A stretch of DNA of 43,711 nucleotides from Octopus bimaculoides (taxonomy: Eukaryota). The notes under the pieces are model-generated. The model ran no database searches and was not told the origin of the DNA. It saw nothing but the letters and a program-made list of their open reading frames with translations. This document shows, one piece after another, positions 24,300-36,348 of this stretch (position 1 is the first letter of the stretch; each line of letters opens with the position of its first letter). The stretch spans positions 36,582,581 through 36,626,291 of the forward strand of contig NC_068988.1 in NCBI RefSeq assembly GCF_001194135.2, written 5' to 3'. A program made the position numbers and the translations under genes.

Positions 24300-26420
24300 G
24301 CCCAGTTAAGATCCTCAGAGAATGTCATCCAATGATTTCTATGCATTCCCGTCAGTTCATCGTTGGCATGTATGCAAAAATTAAAAGTGAATGCCTGCTC
24401 TAATTCAGAATAAACCATATGAAATTAAGAGTGGAATCATATGCAAACTTGCAAGATACAGTGTTGAATGATCATGATGTCAACAACATGGACCAGCTCA
24501 TCATCCTTCCATCATCATTCACAAGAAGACCAAGAGACATACAATGACATATGTTAGACACTATGGAAGAACAGACATCTTCATAACCTCTACTTGCAAT
24601 TCTAAATGGAGAGAGATAAAAATGAACTCTTCCCAAACCAAGAACCAAAAGATAGTCATGACGTAATTGCAAGGGTCTTCAGACAGAAAGATATGAAGCT
24701 CATGCGGTTACTGACCTAAGATAGTGTTCGTTGCAATGTATACCATAGAAGACTAGATAAATAATCACCCTCATGTACACATCCTGTTATGGCTTACAGA
24801 AAATATACATGCCAGCATGATAGACATGAGAGAAGGGCTTCAAGATCCTCAGGAAGATCCAGAACTCTTCGGTGCGGTCAAGACCCAAATGGTTCATAGT
24901 CCACTTGGGATCATCAACCTACATGTTCCATGCATGCAGGATAGAAAGTGTACAAAAGGCTTTCCGAAGAAATCCCTTCAAGATACCAAGACTGGACATG
25001 ATGGTCATCCATTCTACAGAAGAAGAAAGACAGGTGATTGTGGGTTTGAAACTACCATCAAGACGTCAGCTCACTGAAATTCCAGTTGCCAACAGGCGGA
25101 TAGCACAATACTGTCCAGTTCTCTCCAAGATATTCAAGGCACACATAAATATTGACTTCTGTGACTCAGTGAAATTCACTAAGTATGCGTACACATATGT
25201 GAACAAGGGATCTGATATGACGGTTTTTGCAGTCCAGGACTCACGGAACAATGATCAGATGAAGACTTTCCAAATGGGGAGGTAAATTAGAAGTGGTGAA
25301 GTATGTTGGAGTATTTTCAAATACCTCATTCATGAAAGGTATCACCTTGAAGTTAACTTGGAGTGTGGAGAAAGCGTTTACTTCACCCCCTGACATAGTG
25401 CAACAACAACTGGAAACTCCAAACAATACCACACTTGCATCATTCTTCAAGCTCTATCAGGATAATGAATCTATTGCAACAATGCTATATAATGTAGTTA
25501 TTCAATACTACACCTGGAACAAAAAGGAATGGAATCTACGTGAAATTAGAGGACTCACGGGTCAACCTGGAATCAAGAAATCAGACACAATTGGCAGAGT
25601 CTATGGTGTCCATCCCAACTACTCAGAGTGTCCCTACCTAAGCCTTCTGTTACACCAACTAAAGAGGCCTACATCATTCACTAACATATGTGGACAATGA
25701 TACCGGTGGGATCTTCTTAGATGCTCCCGGAAGCACAGGAAAGAGATTATTGATGAATCTGCTCCTTGCGAAGGTGACAGAGAAGAAAATTGATCTGGCT
25801 GTTGCATCCTCTGGAATTCCAGCCACACTCCTAACAGGTGGATGAACAGCCTGTTCATCATTCAAGCTGCCTCTGAACCTGATCCAAAATGAATATCCAT
25901 TATACAACATATCAAAGAAACAGAATTAGCAAACCTCCTTACACATGCCGAATGCATTGTCTGGAATTAGGTAACAATGTCCCATAAAGCAACCTTTGAA
26001 TTCTTCAGAAACAATAAGATCATGAGTGGTGTCACCCTCCTCATGGCTGGTGACTTCAAGGTCACATATATCTGGCAACATGACAAACAGTCTACGCTAA
26101 CAAATAACAGGGGGATTCCCATTCATGGTGAAACATTAGTTGCAGATTTCTCAAAGAAGTTACTTCACATTGGAAATGGAAAATTCCCGCAAGATCCGGA
26201 AAGTAGTTTGCACCACCTCCCGTGTGGCAATATGACTGCCACCATTGAAGAACTGAAAATCAAGGTATTTCCAAACATTGCTACAGACTACAAAAGTTAC
26301 TATGCGAAAGAATAATTCTAGCACGAAGGAATAATGTTGTAAACAAGCTGAATGTAGATTTGTTGCTTCAACTTCCAGGAACTGAATATTCATTCACATC
26401 ATTTGACTCTGTCTATTGAT
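24300..26420 (+). mobile_element. Decayed autonomous Helitron: Rep (HUH) and PIF1-like helicase relic
   Basis: QFIVGMYAKIKSE; IILPSSF; HUH motif PHVHILLWL (24769-24795); KAHINIDFC...KYAYTYVNKG (catalytic Tyr motif, 25181-25210); Walker A FLDAPGSTGK (25714-25743); LAVASSGIPATLLTGG; LLMAGDF; KKLLHIGNG. Many stops, frameshifts and deletions; termini not found. Confidence 0.9.
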
Positions 26421-28057
26421 GTGTATGAATGTTCGTGTTTGTTTTATATAAACAAAATTTCTATATCCTTTCGGTGCGAATGTTTTTTTTTTATACGGCG
26501 CTGAGTTTCCAATCCTGTAAATAATAAAAATTGTATTTTTATATAAGGTTAAAGGTTATGGTGATCACCGTGCAATGACTATAGAAAATAGTCAAATAAG
26601 TGAATCAGGGATATTTACTATTTCGATAAACATGTTCACACGATTATGCAATAATATACTAATCATGTTTCAAACAACGATAGAAATAGTTTTAGAATAT
26701 TAATAGAGAATAATTTGGGTTTTTTTTCTATATATACCAGAGAACATATATGGTGATTAAACATAGTACAATAAATGTAATCAGTATATTATTCCTGTTT
26801 ATTTTATCGAGGACATTTGAATGATAGAATAAACGATTCAGATGAAATGTGATTTTGTAACTCAAATTTTCTAAATATAATTTCTTCAAATTTTAATTGT
26901 TCGGTTTTCTTCACTGTAAATATATCCAATAACGCTTAAATTTGGAAAAAGTGAAACATGAGAAAACACTAACAGTGCATTAATTATACACAGAAAATTA
27001 AGAAACTTAACTCCTGATAGCAATATTGTGCTCAATTGTATTATTATTTTAAATTTTTGCTCAACATTATCCGACTGTAAATTTTACAACGTTGTTTCGA
27101 ATAAATTAATATATTTATATATTTTAAGAGATAGTTTTCGAATATATAAGCACCGATTAATTTTTTCCTGCGTATTAGTTACTGGTCAAAAGAAATATAA
27201 TGACAGATGCTCGCAGTTTAAATCTGAATGCACTAAATTGTCAGTCCCTTCTTCTGTCGTGTTTGTCAACCTGATGCGTATTCTATTTCCATTTCTGACA
27301 CGAAGCAATGTCCACATATAAATGTATTTCGCAAAGATGTTAACAACATAGGTTAAATATAATTTAAACAGTTCTGAACTCTTTATCTACCATGAACTTG
27401 CATATTTCTGGGGCGTACGTACACACGGGCTGCTCTAACATTAACAGAGAAACAGAATGCGAATTACAAATCAATTCCGTTTCCTCCCATTAAAATAATA
27501 CATTTCCAAATAATACAATTTCATCCACTGTTTGAGTGTCAAGATACGGACACTACAGTTGTATATCGACTAACAAATGTAGAGGGAAATTACTTGAAAC
27601 AATTGTCACATTCTTCAGGTGATCGGCGTAATTTAACCATTCAGATCTGAAATAGAGTTATTGCAATCAATCAAATGAATGTACAATCGATGAGTGACAC
27701 ATCAGTTGAAATAGGAAATTCTATGAAACTATATTTATATATGAATTTCTCAAATAAAGCGCAAAACATCCTCTTTGAATTCACACAAGGAATCAATGTG
27801 TCTATTTATCAATGTCACTTTAATACAAGCGGTGAAATTACTGCCAGGCCAAAATGCCATTTTTCTTATGGCAGTAATTTCATTAAAACCTCGTGTAAAT
27901 TCTTTTCTTCTATCATTTATGTAGCAGTTACATTACTATTCGGAAGACAGGCTCATTGAGCTTCTATCTTTTGCGTGTCCATAAAAGGTTATCTACTCAA
28001 CATATGCCATAGAATTTGCATTCATTTCTCGTTTAAATGCTCTACTTTGTATTGTGG

Positions 28058-28130
28058 GCAGCATGGTTGATTGCGTAATATGTTCTTTTCGTAACCAGGT
28101 GCTTACAAGTCCGATCCTAGGGCATTCTGG
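28058..28130 (+). mobile_element. Possible very decayed tRNA-derived SINE head
   Basis: GGCAGCATGGTTGATTGCG...AAGTCCGATCC has A-box- and B-box-like spacing only. Confidence 0.25.
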
Positions 28131-28639
28131 GTGGAATGCTATTTTTTACTGCCTCCGCTCAACCCGTAAATTGTTAAGGAACTTGGGTTGAGGGAAACTT
28201 GATTCCACTTGTGATTCGAAAGGGTACATCTTTGAAAAACTGCATCATGCTCATTCTTCATGAGTATTAAATTAAGAGTATCTGTGTTTATGGAATAGTC
28301 AATTCAAGAACGGGGAATACACTTGCTTGAACATCTAGATTGTCATCTACCCACCGGTTTCCATTGAATGTAGTATGATAACTCTTGTCGAAAATATGCA
28401 CGAAATAATTAAAGAAAGCTCAATAATGTTGCAATTATAAATCTGATTCAGCTAAGTAAAACTAATCTAGAATACTACAAACAATATAATATATAATGTA
28501 ACAAACACAAAATGGAGGTCTGAACACCTAATATTGTACATGTGTAACTAACCTACTAATTTTAATCTATGTTATGTTTTAATTGTTCTTCATGTTGGTA
28601 CGTTTAATGTTTTGACTTTTTCGCAGCATTATTTTTCTT

Positions 28640-28970
28640 CATACTTGTTGATTATGGAAGAAGAGGGATCGCATTGCGTCTAATGATCTCAATGAGATGG
28701 AGAATTTGAGTATGTTGATGTTCTTCAACTGTTGCAGGTCAACATAAGAGGGAAAGGTATGGGCAGAGAGAAGGTTGGTGGTAGGGAGAAAGGTCTGAGA
28801 ACAATGATCATTGTGAGATCGAAGGCGGTAGATAAAAAACGTAGGTGGATACAAAACGTAGGAGTTGCGTAGGAGATGAGTGAGAGGATTCCGGTGCGAA
28901 GGCAAAAACACTAGGCTACCAAGCTCCTCAGAATAGGAACCATTGTTGTAGGGATAGAACATAGAAAAAA
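28640..28970 (-). mobile_element. 3' end of a CR1/L2/Jockey-group LINE ORF2
   Basis: ORF 28639..28962 FYPYNNGSYSEELGSLV...RSHNDHCSQTFLPTT...SAHTFPSYVDLQQLKNIN resembles the recalled post-RT C-terminus pattern FYRYYNG..S.EL...SF.PRT..LWN.LP..VFP...LQ.FK..IN. Confidence 0.6.
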
Positions 28971-30995
28971 ACAGAGACGATACAGATTAGCTGTAGGTCA
29001 GGAATTCGAACATGCTGGTTAGTGATGCAATTCCAATTAGTGCATCATTTCTGGAGGTAATATACAGATATACACTTGTGTATCAGTATCAACACACATA
29101 TATGGATAGAGATCTTCAGTGTGTGCGTCGTATGTGCCTGGTGGAAAACGACAGAGTAAATTCTATAAGAGTATCAGAATCAGATTAAGTAAAATGAGTT
29201 ATATTTAGTATTTCAACATAAATATATATATCTACTTCTAAGATATTTCAACACGTTGGTTATATCTATTATCAGTGGTTTCGCATGGTATGATTCTTCA
29301 TGATTTATCTATTGCATTCACTTGTCTTTCTCATTCCAGATTTCTGTACCAATAGTAATAATTAATATAGTTTCTTATATGCAGTATAGTTATTGAAATT
29401 ACGAATTCGTCGTTCAAGAGATGATTAGCAATTAACTTTAATCTTAAACAAAAGATACATTACAGATATCCTTAATAACGTACGCAATTATTTTTATATT
29501 TTATTAATTGTACGTTTCGTCTTACATTAAATTATAAGGCTAAAGCTAAAGGGCAACTGTTAGTGATTATCAAAGGGAAAGCGGGGGAGGATTAATGAAA
29601 AGCCAGTAATTAATCTTTGATATGTAATATATAGTTTAGGGAAAGCATAATCTGACCTTTGTCTGAAAGAAAGAGACAACTATTGGTATCATTTCCTGTC
29701 CTTTTCTAATTTCTTAACATTACAGAATGGTTTTGTTCTGTTTCTTCAGTAAACGAGAAATGTTCAATTCAGTATACGTTGATTTCTCTTTTGTACATCT
29801 GACGTTTGTTTCTGAAAATACATACTATTTTGATCTGTAAAGCACTGTAAAAGTATGTATATATATATATTAGCAAATTTAAATTATAATTGTACCAGCG
29901 AATTTCACAATATTACTGCGTCAGATAACATTTATGACAAAAAAAAAAATTACATCTACTATTCTCGAACATGGCCAACAATAATATATAATTCTGATTT
30001 ATGAAAAAATACGTAAGATTTCTGAGGTATTTTCAAATACACTATCTACATTTTGTATAACAAATGATATTCACCGACAAATATTTTATAGCCGCAACAA
30101 TCTCTTAACTTACTTCCCAGATATAGAATATAGCTTTACTGAGAAATCTACCTTGTGAATTGTACTTCTCCCACGCACTTGTCTGAAATAATCCTAATAT
30201 ATTTTTTCTAGGTGCAAATCATATCACTGAATGAATGGTAGCAACAGTTGACCTTTCAATTGATAGACAGCCAACGCGCAATCTAATATATGTTATATTA
30301 AATATGTCTGTCCTTAGACATGTATCCTACATAAACATGGGAAATTAAAGATAGCGTGCAGAGAAGGAAATGATAGAAACGAAATAACTGTATCGCAATA
30401 AAGTTTCAAAGCTGACCTTGTAGTGTCCACTTTCCCGCTGAAAAGATGTTTCCACAAAATGTTTTGAATGGAGACGTTTCAAAGTGAACGTGATACAGCA
30501 TATTCTATGGAAAGCAAGTCAAGATAGAGAAAATTAGTAGTAAAATATAAATAGGAGGAGAAGAATTTCAGAAATGATTAGAGTGATAACGCAATGCTGA
30601 ACTGAAAGAGCCTGAGTTATTAATATGGCGGGAAATATATAAACGAAAGAAAGGGACAGGGAGAACGAAGAAAGGAAAATAGAGTTATGGTGGTTTGAAG
30701 ATGTGTGAAGTGCTGCATCTTTTCATATGTCAATCATTGAATAACGGTTATTAGATACTAGAACGGGAAATTAATAACTCCACATTTCATTTTAGCCATC
30801 AACGCGCTGTCAGTGATGGCTATTATACGGAATCAAGTTCGATTCCATTAATGAGACACAAACCTCGACCTTAGCAACCCTAAAGTGTTCAGAATTTGAT
30901 AAACATTTATTTACTGATTACCTGCTATCAGTTGATAGGAAATTTCAGTTAAATCCACTCACAATAACCACGACTACTACCGCAAGCGATAAAAG

Positions 30996-31053
30996 TATTA
31001 TTATTGTTGTTGTTGTTGTTTTGTTGCAGTTTTTGTTAATAATGATGATGATG

Positions 31054-31118
<65 letters not shown>

Positions 31119-31356
31119 AAGAAGAAGAAGAAGAAGAAGAAGAAGAAGAAGAAGAAGAAGAAGAACAAGAACAAGAAGAAGAACAAGAACAAGAAAAGGA
31201 AGAAGAAGAAGAAGAAGAAGAAGAAGAACAACAACAACAACAACAACAACAATAACAACAACAATAACAACAACAACAACAAAAACAGCATTAACAACAG
31301 CAGCAACAACGACAACGACGACGAAGGCGATGACAATGTTGATGATGAAGATGACA

Positions 31357-31397
<41 letters not shown>

Positions 31398-31402
31398 AAT
31401 GT

Positions 31403-31442
<40 letters not shown>

Positions 31443-31585
31443 AATGATAATGAAGATGATAATGTTGTTGTTGTTGGTGGTGGTGGTGGTGGTGATGTTG
31501 ATTGTGGTGTTGGTGGTGGTGGTATTGCAGCTTCTAGTAGTGCTGGGGGTGTGGTGGTACTGCAGGGGTGATGATGATGATAATT
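30996..31585. repeat. Phase-locked compound trinucleotide array (AAT, AAG, AAC, GAC, GAT, GTT, GGT), including about 25 uninterrupted GAA units at 31091-31165
   Basis: Directly visible; ORF 31021..31617 shows triplet phase is never lost. Confidence 0.95.
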
Positions 31586-32491
31586 CTATTCTTTCTATAT
31601 TCCTGGATAATTTCTAATCAATTCCGCTCAAATTAAGCATTCATTAATTTATTAATCATCTCGAAAGGAAATCAGTAATAGGTTTGATTTATGAATCAGT
31701 AGAAGGACTTTTAATGCATTACTTGCATTAGTGTTAATGAATCTCCGAAACTGTTCCCCCTTTATATTGAAATCTTCAGAAAGAATAGGAAAAAATAATG
31801 TTAATAATTTAACTCGACATCTCATCAAGAAGCTCAACATATCATTAAGCAATTAATGGATATGCGAATAAATAGCTGTAAGGCTTAACCACGATATGGA
31901 TCGGCAATATCTTCGAGCTATCAAAAAGTTAACATATCCTTTAAAATAGAGTGATTTTACATGTATGTACGTATATATTGTTATCAGGACCATCAGGTTT
32001 CACTAGATTGCATTCGATAATCGCTATTACATAAAACCACTACACAGTAGCATTAGACAACATCTAAGCATTAGTGAGATCCAAAGATAGGCTATAGTGA
32101 CATACAGTATCTATAATTAGTCACATTTAAGATTTTAAAGTAAGTTTTTATTAAGCATGCAATGCTTACTTGAATTCAAATGCTGCATTGTGCTTCTCTT
32201 GAATACGAATGACCTCTATCAAGTTTAGTTAATTTTAAAGCCGATTTACTAAAATTATTTTGAAATGTTTTATAAAATGGTTCACCAATAATGGTGATTC
32301 AACAATATGATTCTGTAGAAACTATTTTCAAAATTGTAATCGGGCTATGCTTTCTATTTCAGTATTGAATATTAGTTTACCTTGATCTATTGACGTTAGT
32401 CATGCGATCCGTAAGGTTGTACCTGAGGCCCCGTTTTATTAAAAAGCGACATGTAGATGAGGAAAATTGTTCCGCAACATCCTTCACATAT

Positions 32492-32532
<41 letters not shown>

Positions 32533-33354
32533 AGCACACATACACACACACGCATATACACACCTCACACAAACATACACACACATGCATACACACACAC
32601 ATATATANNNNNNNNNNNNNNNNNNNNNNNNNNNNNNNNNNNNNNNNNNNNNNNNNNNNNNNNNNNNNNNNNNNNNNNNNNNNNNNNNNNNNNNNNNNNN
32701 NNNNNNNNNNNNNNNNNNNNNNNNNNNNNNNNNNNNNNNNNNNNNNNNNNNNNNNNNNNNNNNNNNNNNNNNNNNNNNNNNNNNNNNNNNNNNNNNNNNN
32801 NNNNNNNNNNNNNNNNNNNNNNNNNNNNNNNNNNNNNNNNNNNNNNNNNNNNNNNNNNNNNNNNNNNNNNNNNNNNNNNNNNNNNNNNNNNNNNNNNNNN
32901 NNNNNNNNNNNNNNNNNNNNNNNNNNNNNNNNNNNNNNNNNNNNNNNNNNNNNNNNNNNNNNNNNNNNNNNNNNNNNNNNNNNNNNNNNNNNNNNNNNNN
33001 NNNNNNNNNNNNNNNNNNNNNNNNNNNNNNNNNNNNNNNNNNNNNNNNNNNNNNNNNNNNNNNNNNNNNNNNNNNNNNNNNNNNNNNNNNNNNNNNNNNN
33101 NNNNNNNNNNNNNNNNNNNNNNNNNNNNNNNNNNNNNNNNNNNNNNNNNNNNNNNNNNNNNNNNNNNNNNNNNNNNNNNNNNNNNNNNNNNNNNNNNNNN
33201 NNNNNNNNNNNNNNNNNNNNNNNNNNNNNNNNNNNNNNNNNNNNNNNNNNNNNNNNNNNNNNNNNNNNNNNNNNNNNNNNNNNNNNNNNNNNNNNNNNNN
33301 NNNNNNNNNNNNNNNNNNNNNNNNNNNNNNNNNNNNNNNNNNNNNNNNNNNNNN

Positions 33355-33387
<33 letters not shown>

Positions 33388-33390
<3 letters not shown>

Positions 33391-33528
33391 GATGGCTGCT
33401 TTCAGTTTCTGTCTACCAAATCCGCTTACATGGTTTTGGTCGATCAGATGGTATAGAAGAAGATGCCATGCAGTGGGACTGGACCCGGAACTATGTGGTG
33501 GTAAGCAAGCTATTTACCACAGAACCAG
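33388..33528 (-). mobile_element. 5' half (tRNA head and core) of a decayed S1 SINE running into (TA)n and a gap
   Basis: CTTTCAGTTTCTGTCTACCAAATCC...GCAGTGGGACTGGACCCGGAACTATGTGGTGGTAAGCAAGCTATTTACCAC matches 36190-36335. Confidence 0.7.
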
Positions 33529-33600
33529 TATATACACCTGTCCTTGTCTTTTGTTTTTCGGTAAATTTCAACTATACTCACACACACGCACATATACATG

Positions 33601-34733
33601 TATTGCGTTATCCCATAAATAACGCAGTTTTATTATACTTCTTTTACTTTTCAAAATTAAGATAAGTATATACTCTCCTTGAATTCTTACAATGCTTTTC
33701 CGTCTTTCTCCTAGATTTGTAAGGATTCTTTGCCAAAATTCCCCTGTCCGTGACGAAAACTACACGTGCAGTACTCTTCTGACTTCGACTACGGGATTCA
33801 TATTTTTTCCGTCCAAATGGTTTTAAAGATAATCAGATGGAACAATGTTCGGCGAGAATTGTGGGTGGGGCATCGTTTCCCATTCAAATAGTTTTTGGAA
33901 TTTCATCCTCGCTGTAAGTGGCCGAGCATTGTTCTGACAGAAGAATATCTTTCGTATTGAAACCAAAGATGGTCGCTTTTCTTCTAGTGCTGACTTAAGC
34001 CGCTCAAGCTACTCGCAATAGTTATCGTTCGGTTTGGGTTTAAAATTTCAAAATCGACTAAACTTTTCATATTACGTAGGTGAAGACCTTCTTTAGCCTG
34101 GGGTGTCAGTGTTTGTCCTTTCCCTACCAACTGTTTTCGGCGCTTGATATTTATCGTCAATAGTCACAATTCTGTCTAAAAAAAGGTTCGTTCGTGAGAC
34201 GTGACAGAAAAGAGAAGCACACATTCACTCACTGCACGCGATTAGACTCGGAATGATTGTGAGCAAACTATTGAGCAAATTTGCTGACTTTCCTGATGGC
34301 ACGCAGGTGACAATAAATGGTTGAATGACCAAATTGAAGCTACTCTGCCAGTTCCTTAACATTTACGATGGGATCTGGTTTCACCACGTTCTACAAGACG
34401 TCCGCGACGAGCTTTACAGATCTTGCAGGACGAGGCTCGTCTTCTAGGCTGTAATTTCCGGCTCGGAATTTCTGGAGCCACCGTTGACACTGGCTTATGT
34501 TTATTGTTGGATTCCAATATACTGCATTAATATTCCTAGCACTTTCCGCTGCGTTGTTGCTTTCTGGAACTTATAAAGCAAAATATGGCAAATACGGTCC
34601 TTTGCAATAAGAATAAGGACAAGGTGAATTTGCAGCCTGCTTTTATAGCTAGTTGATGCAGGTAGTTCATCCCGTCCCCCTCCGACTTTTATTTCAGGCA
34701 ATTGGAAATACCGCACTAATTCTGGGATGAACA

Positions 34734-34736
<3 letters not shown>
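33601..34736 (-). mobile_element. End-to-end dead mariner (D,D34D-type) DNA transposon with decayed TIRs and TA at both ends
   Basis: Minus strand reads KDRICHILLYKF, NNAAESARNINAVY, SQCQRWLQKFRAGNYSLEDEPRP, LDRIVTIDDK (IVTGDEKW motif), FCQNNARP (second Asp changed to Asn), MPHPQFSPNIVPSDY (YSPDLAPSDY motif), GEYILI. Ends: TATTGCGTTATCCCATAAATAACGC versus reverse complement TATTGTTCATCCCAGAATTAGTGC. Confidence 0.9.
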
Positions 34737-34769
<33 letters not shown>

Positions 34770-35946
34770 ATATATGTATATATATANNNNNNNNNNNNNN
34801 NNNNNNNNNNNNNNNNNNNNNNNNNNNNNNNNNNNNNNNNNNNNNNNNNNNNNNNNNNNNNNNNNNNNNNNNNNNNNNNNNNNNNNNNNNNNNNNNNNNN
34901 NNNNNNNNNNNNNNNNNNNNNNNNNNNNNNNNNNNNNNNNNNNNNNNNNNNNNNNNNNNNNNNNNNNNNNNNNNNNNNNNNNNNNNNNNNNNNNNNNNNN
35001 NNNNNNNNNNNNNNNNNNNNNNNNNNNNNNNNNNNNNNNNNNNNNNNNNNNNNNNNNNNNNNNNNNNNNCACGCACACACACACACAAACACATACATAT
35101 AAAATTACTAAATATATTGTTGAATGAAATATGTGACATTTCTCGCTGGGGTAAATAAAACTTCTAAGTAAATGTACGGAATTTATTCGTGCAGAAACGT
35201 TTCATAAAATTAACTCTGGATGTACGTTTCTAGCGAGTGAGAAGACCTTTTTACGCGCTTCAAAATAATAATTGATATAATTTTATTTCTAAACATTAGC
35301 ATTGCTGTAGAGAAAACACGAGTCCGTACATTTCACGCATTTCTTTCAGCGATGCTTACTTATAGAAATCTTCATCGGCTAGAAGTTTATATAACGGCGT
35401 TAGACCAATACCAATGAGGTAATTGAATGTTTCCTTTCTTCGGAAAATAACAAACCTCAATCTCGTGCTGATTAAATAGAAATCATGCCGTATCTGTCTT
35501 CACAGATAAACCTACACAAATATATTTTTTATGAAAAAACTTTTTTATGTATATTCAAACGACAGGATTTAGCAACTGTGTAAATTTCAGCGATTAGAGC
35601 AAGTACCTGAAACCATAACGGTGACAAAATTTCAGTTTCCTTCCATAATAAATATTGGCTTAACGATCAATAGATTTCGTTTTGATTAATCTAATTATAT
35701 GTGTCGTGAGAAGCCATGTTTCGAAAAATATTGAATTACTTCAAAGAAAATTCTTGGGATTTCATACCAAGGAAAGATTTCACGATAGAATTAATTGTAT
35801 ATCGCATTTGCGTTCCTATCCTGAATTCTAAACTGGTGCTTGTTCTGACAAATTTTCAATAAAATATTCTTAAGTATTCGGATTCTCGGGCTTTTTTACC
35901 AATTGGGCTCCATATATCTACATACATACATACATACATACATACA

Positions 35947-36348
35947 CTTTTACTTGCTTCAGTCATTTGACTGCGGCCATGCTGGAGCACCGCCTTCAGT
36001 CGAGCAAATCGACCCCACGACTTAATCTTTGTAAGCATAGTACTTATTCTATCGGGCTCTTTTGCCGAACCGCTAAGTTACGGGGACGTAAACACAACAC
36101 CATCGGTTGTCAAGCGATGTTGCGGAGATAAACACAGACACACAAACATATACACACACATACCTATATATATATAGATATATACGAGAGGTTTCTTTCA
36201 GTTTCCGTCTACCAAATCCATTCACAAGACTTCGGTCGGCCCGAGGCTATAGTAGAAGACACTTACCCAAAGTGATACGCAATGGGAATGAACCCAGAAG
36301 CATGTGATTGGTAAGCAAGTTACTTACCACGCAGTCACTCCTGCGGCT
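35947..36348 (-). mobile_element. Full-length S1 tRNA-derived SINE (possibly CORE-type, OR-like octopus family) with an internal CA/TA tract
   Basis: Minus head AGCCGCAGGAGTGACTGCGTGGTAAG...GGGTTCATTCCC (A/B boxes), core ACTTTGGGTAAGTGTCTTCTACTATAGCC, central TA/TG tract, tail ...GAAGCAAGTAAAAG. Flanked by TACA/TA repeats. The family name is from memory. Confidence 0.9.

Noticed and set aside
27836-27858. Similarity of AATTACTGCCAGGCCAAAATGCC to miR-8/miR-200 mature sequence (16/23 by eye)
   Set aside because: The seed is mismatched and the segment straddles the 5' stem and loop rather than occupying a 3' arm; likely coincidence.
31021-31617. 198-aa ORF as a real low-complexity protein
   Set aside because: It consists entirely of homopolymer runs produced by the triplet array, with no domain, splice or codon evidence. 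Kept only as a structural observation.
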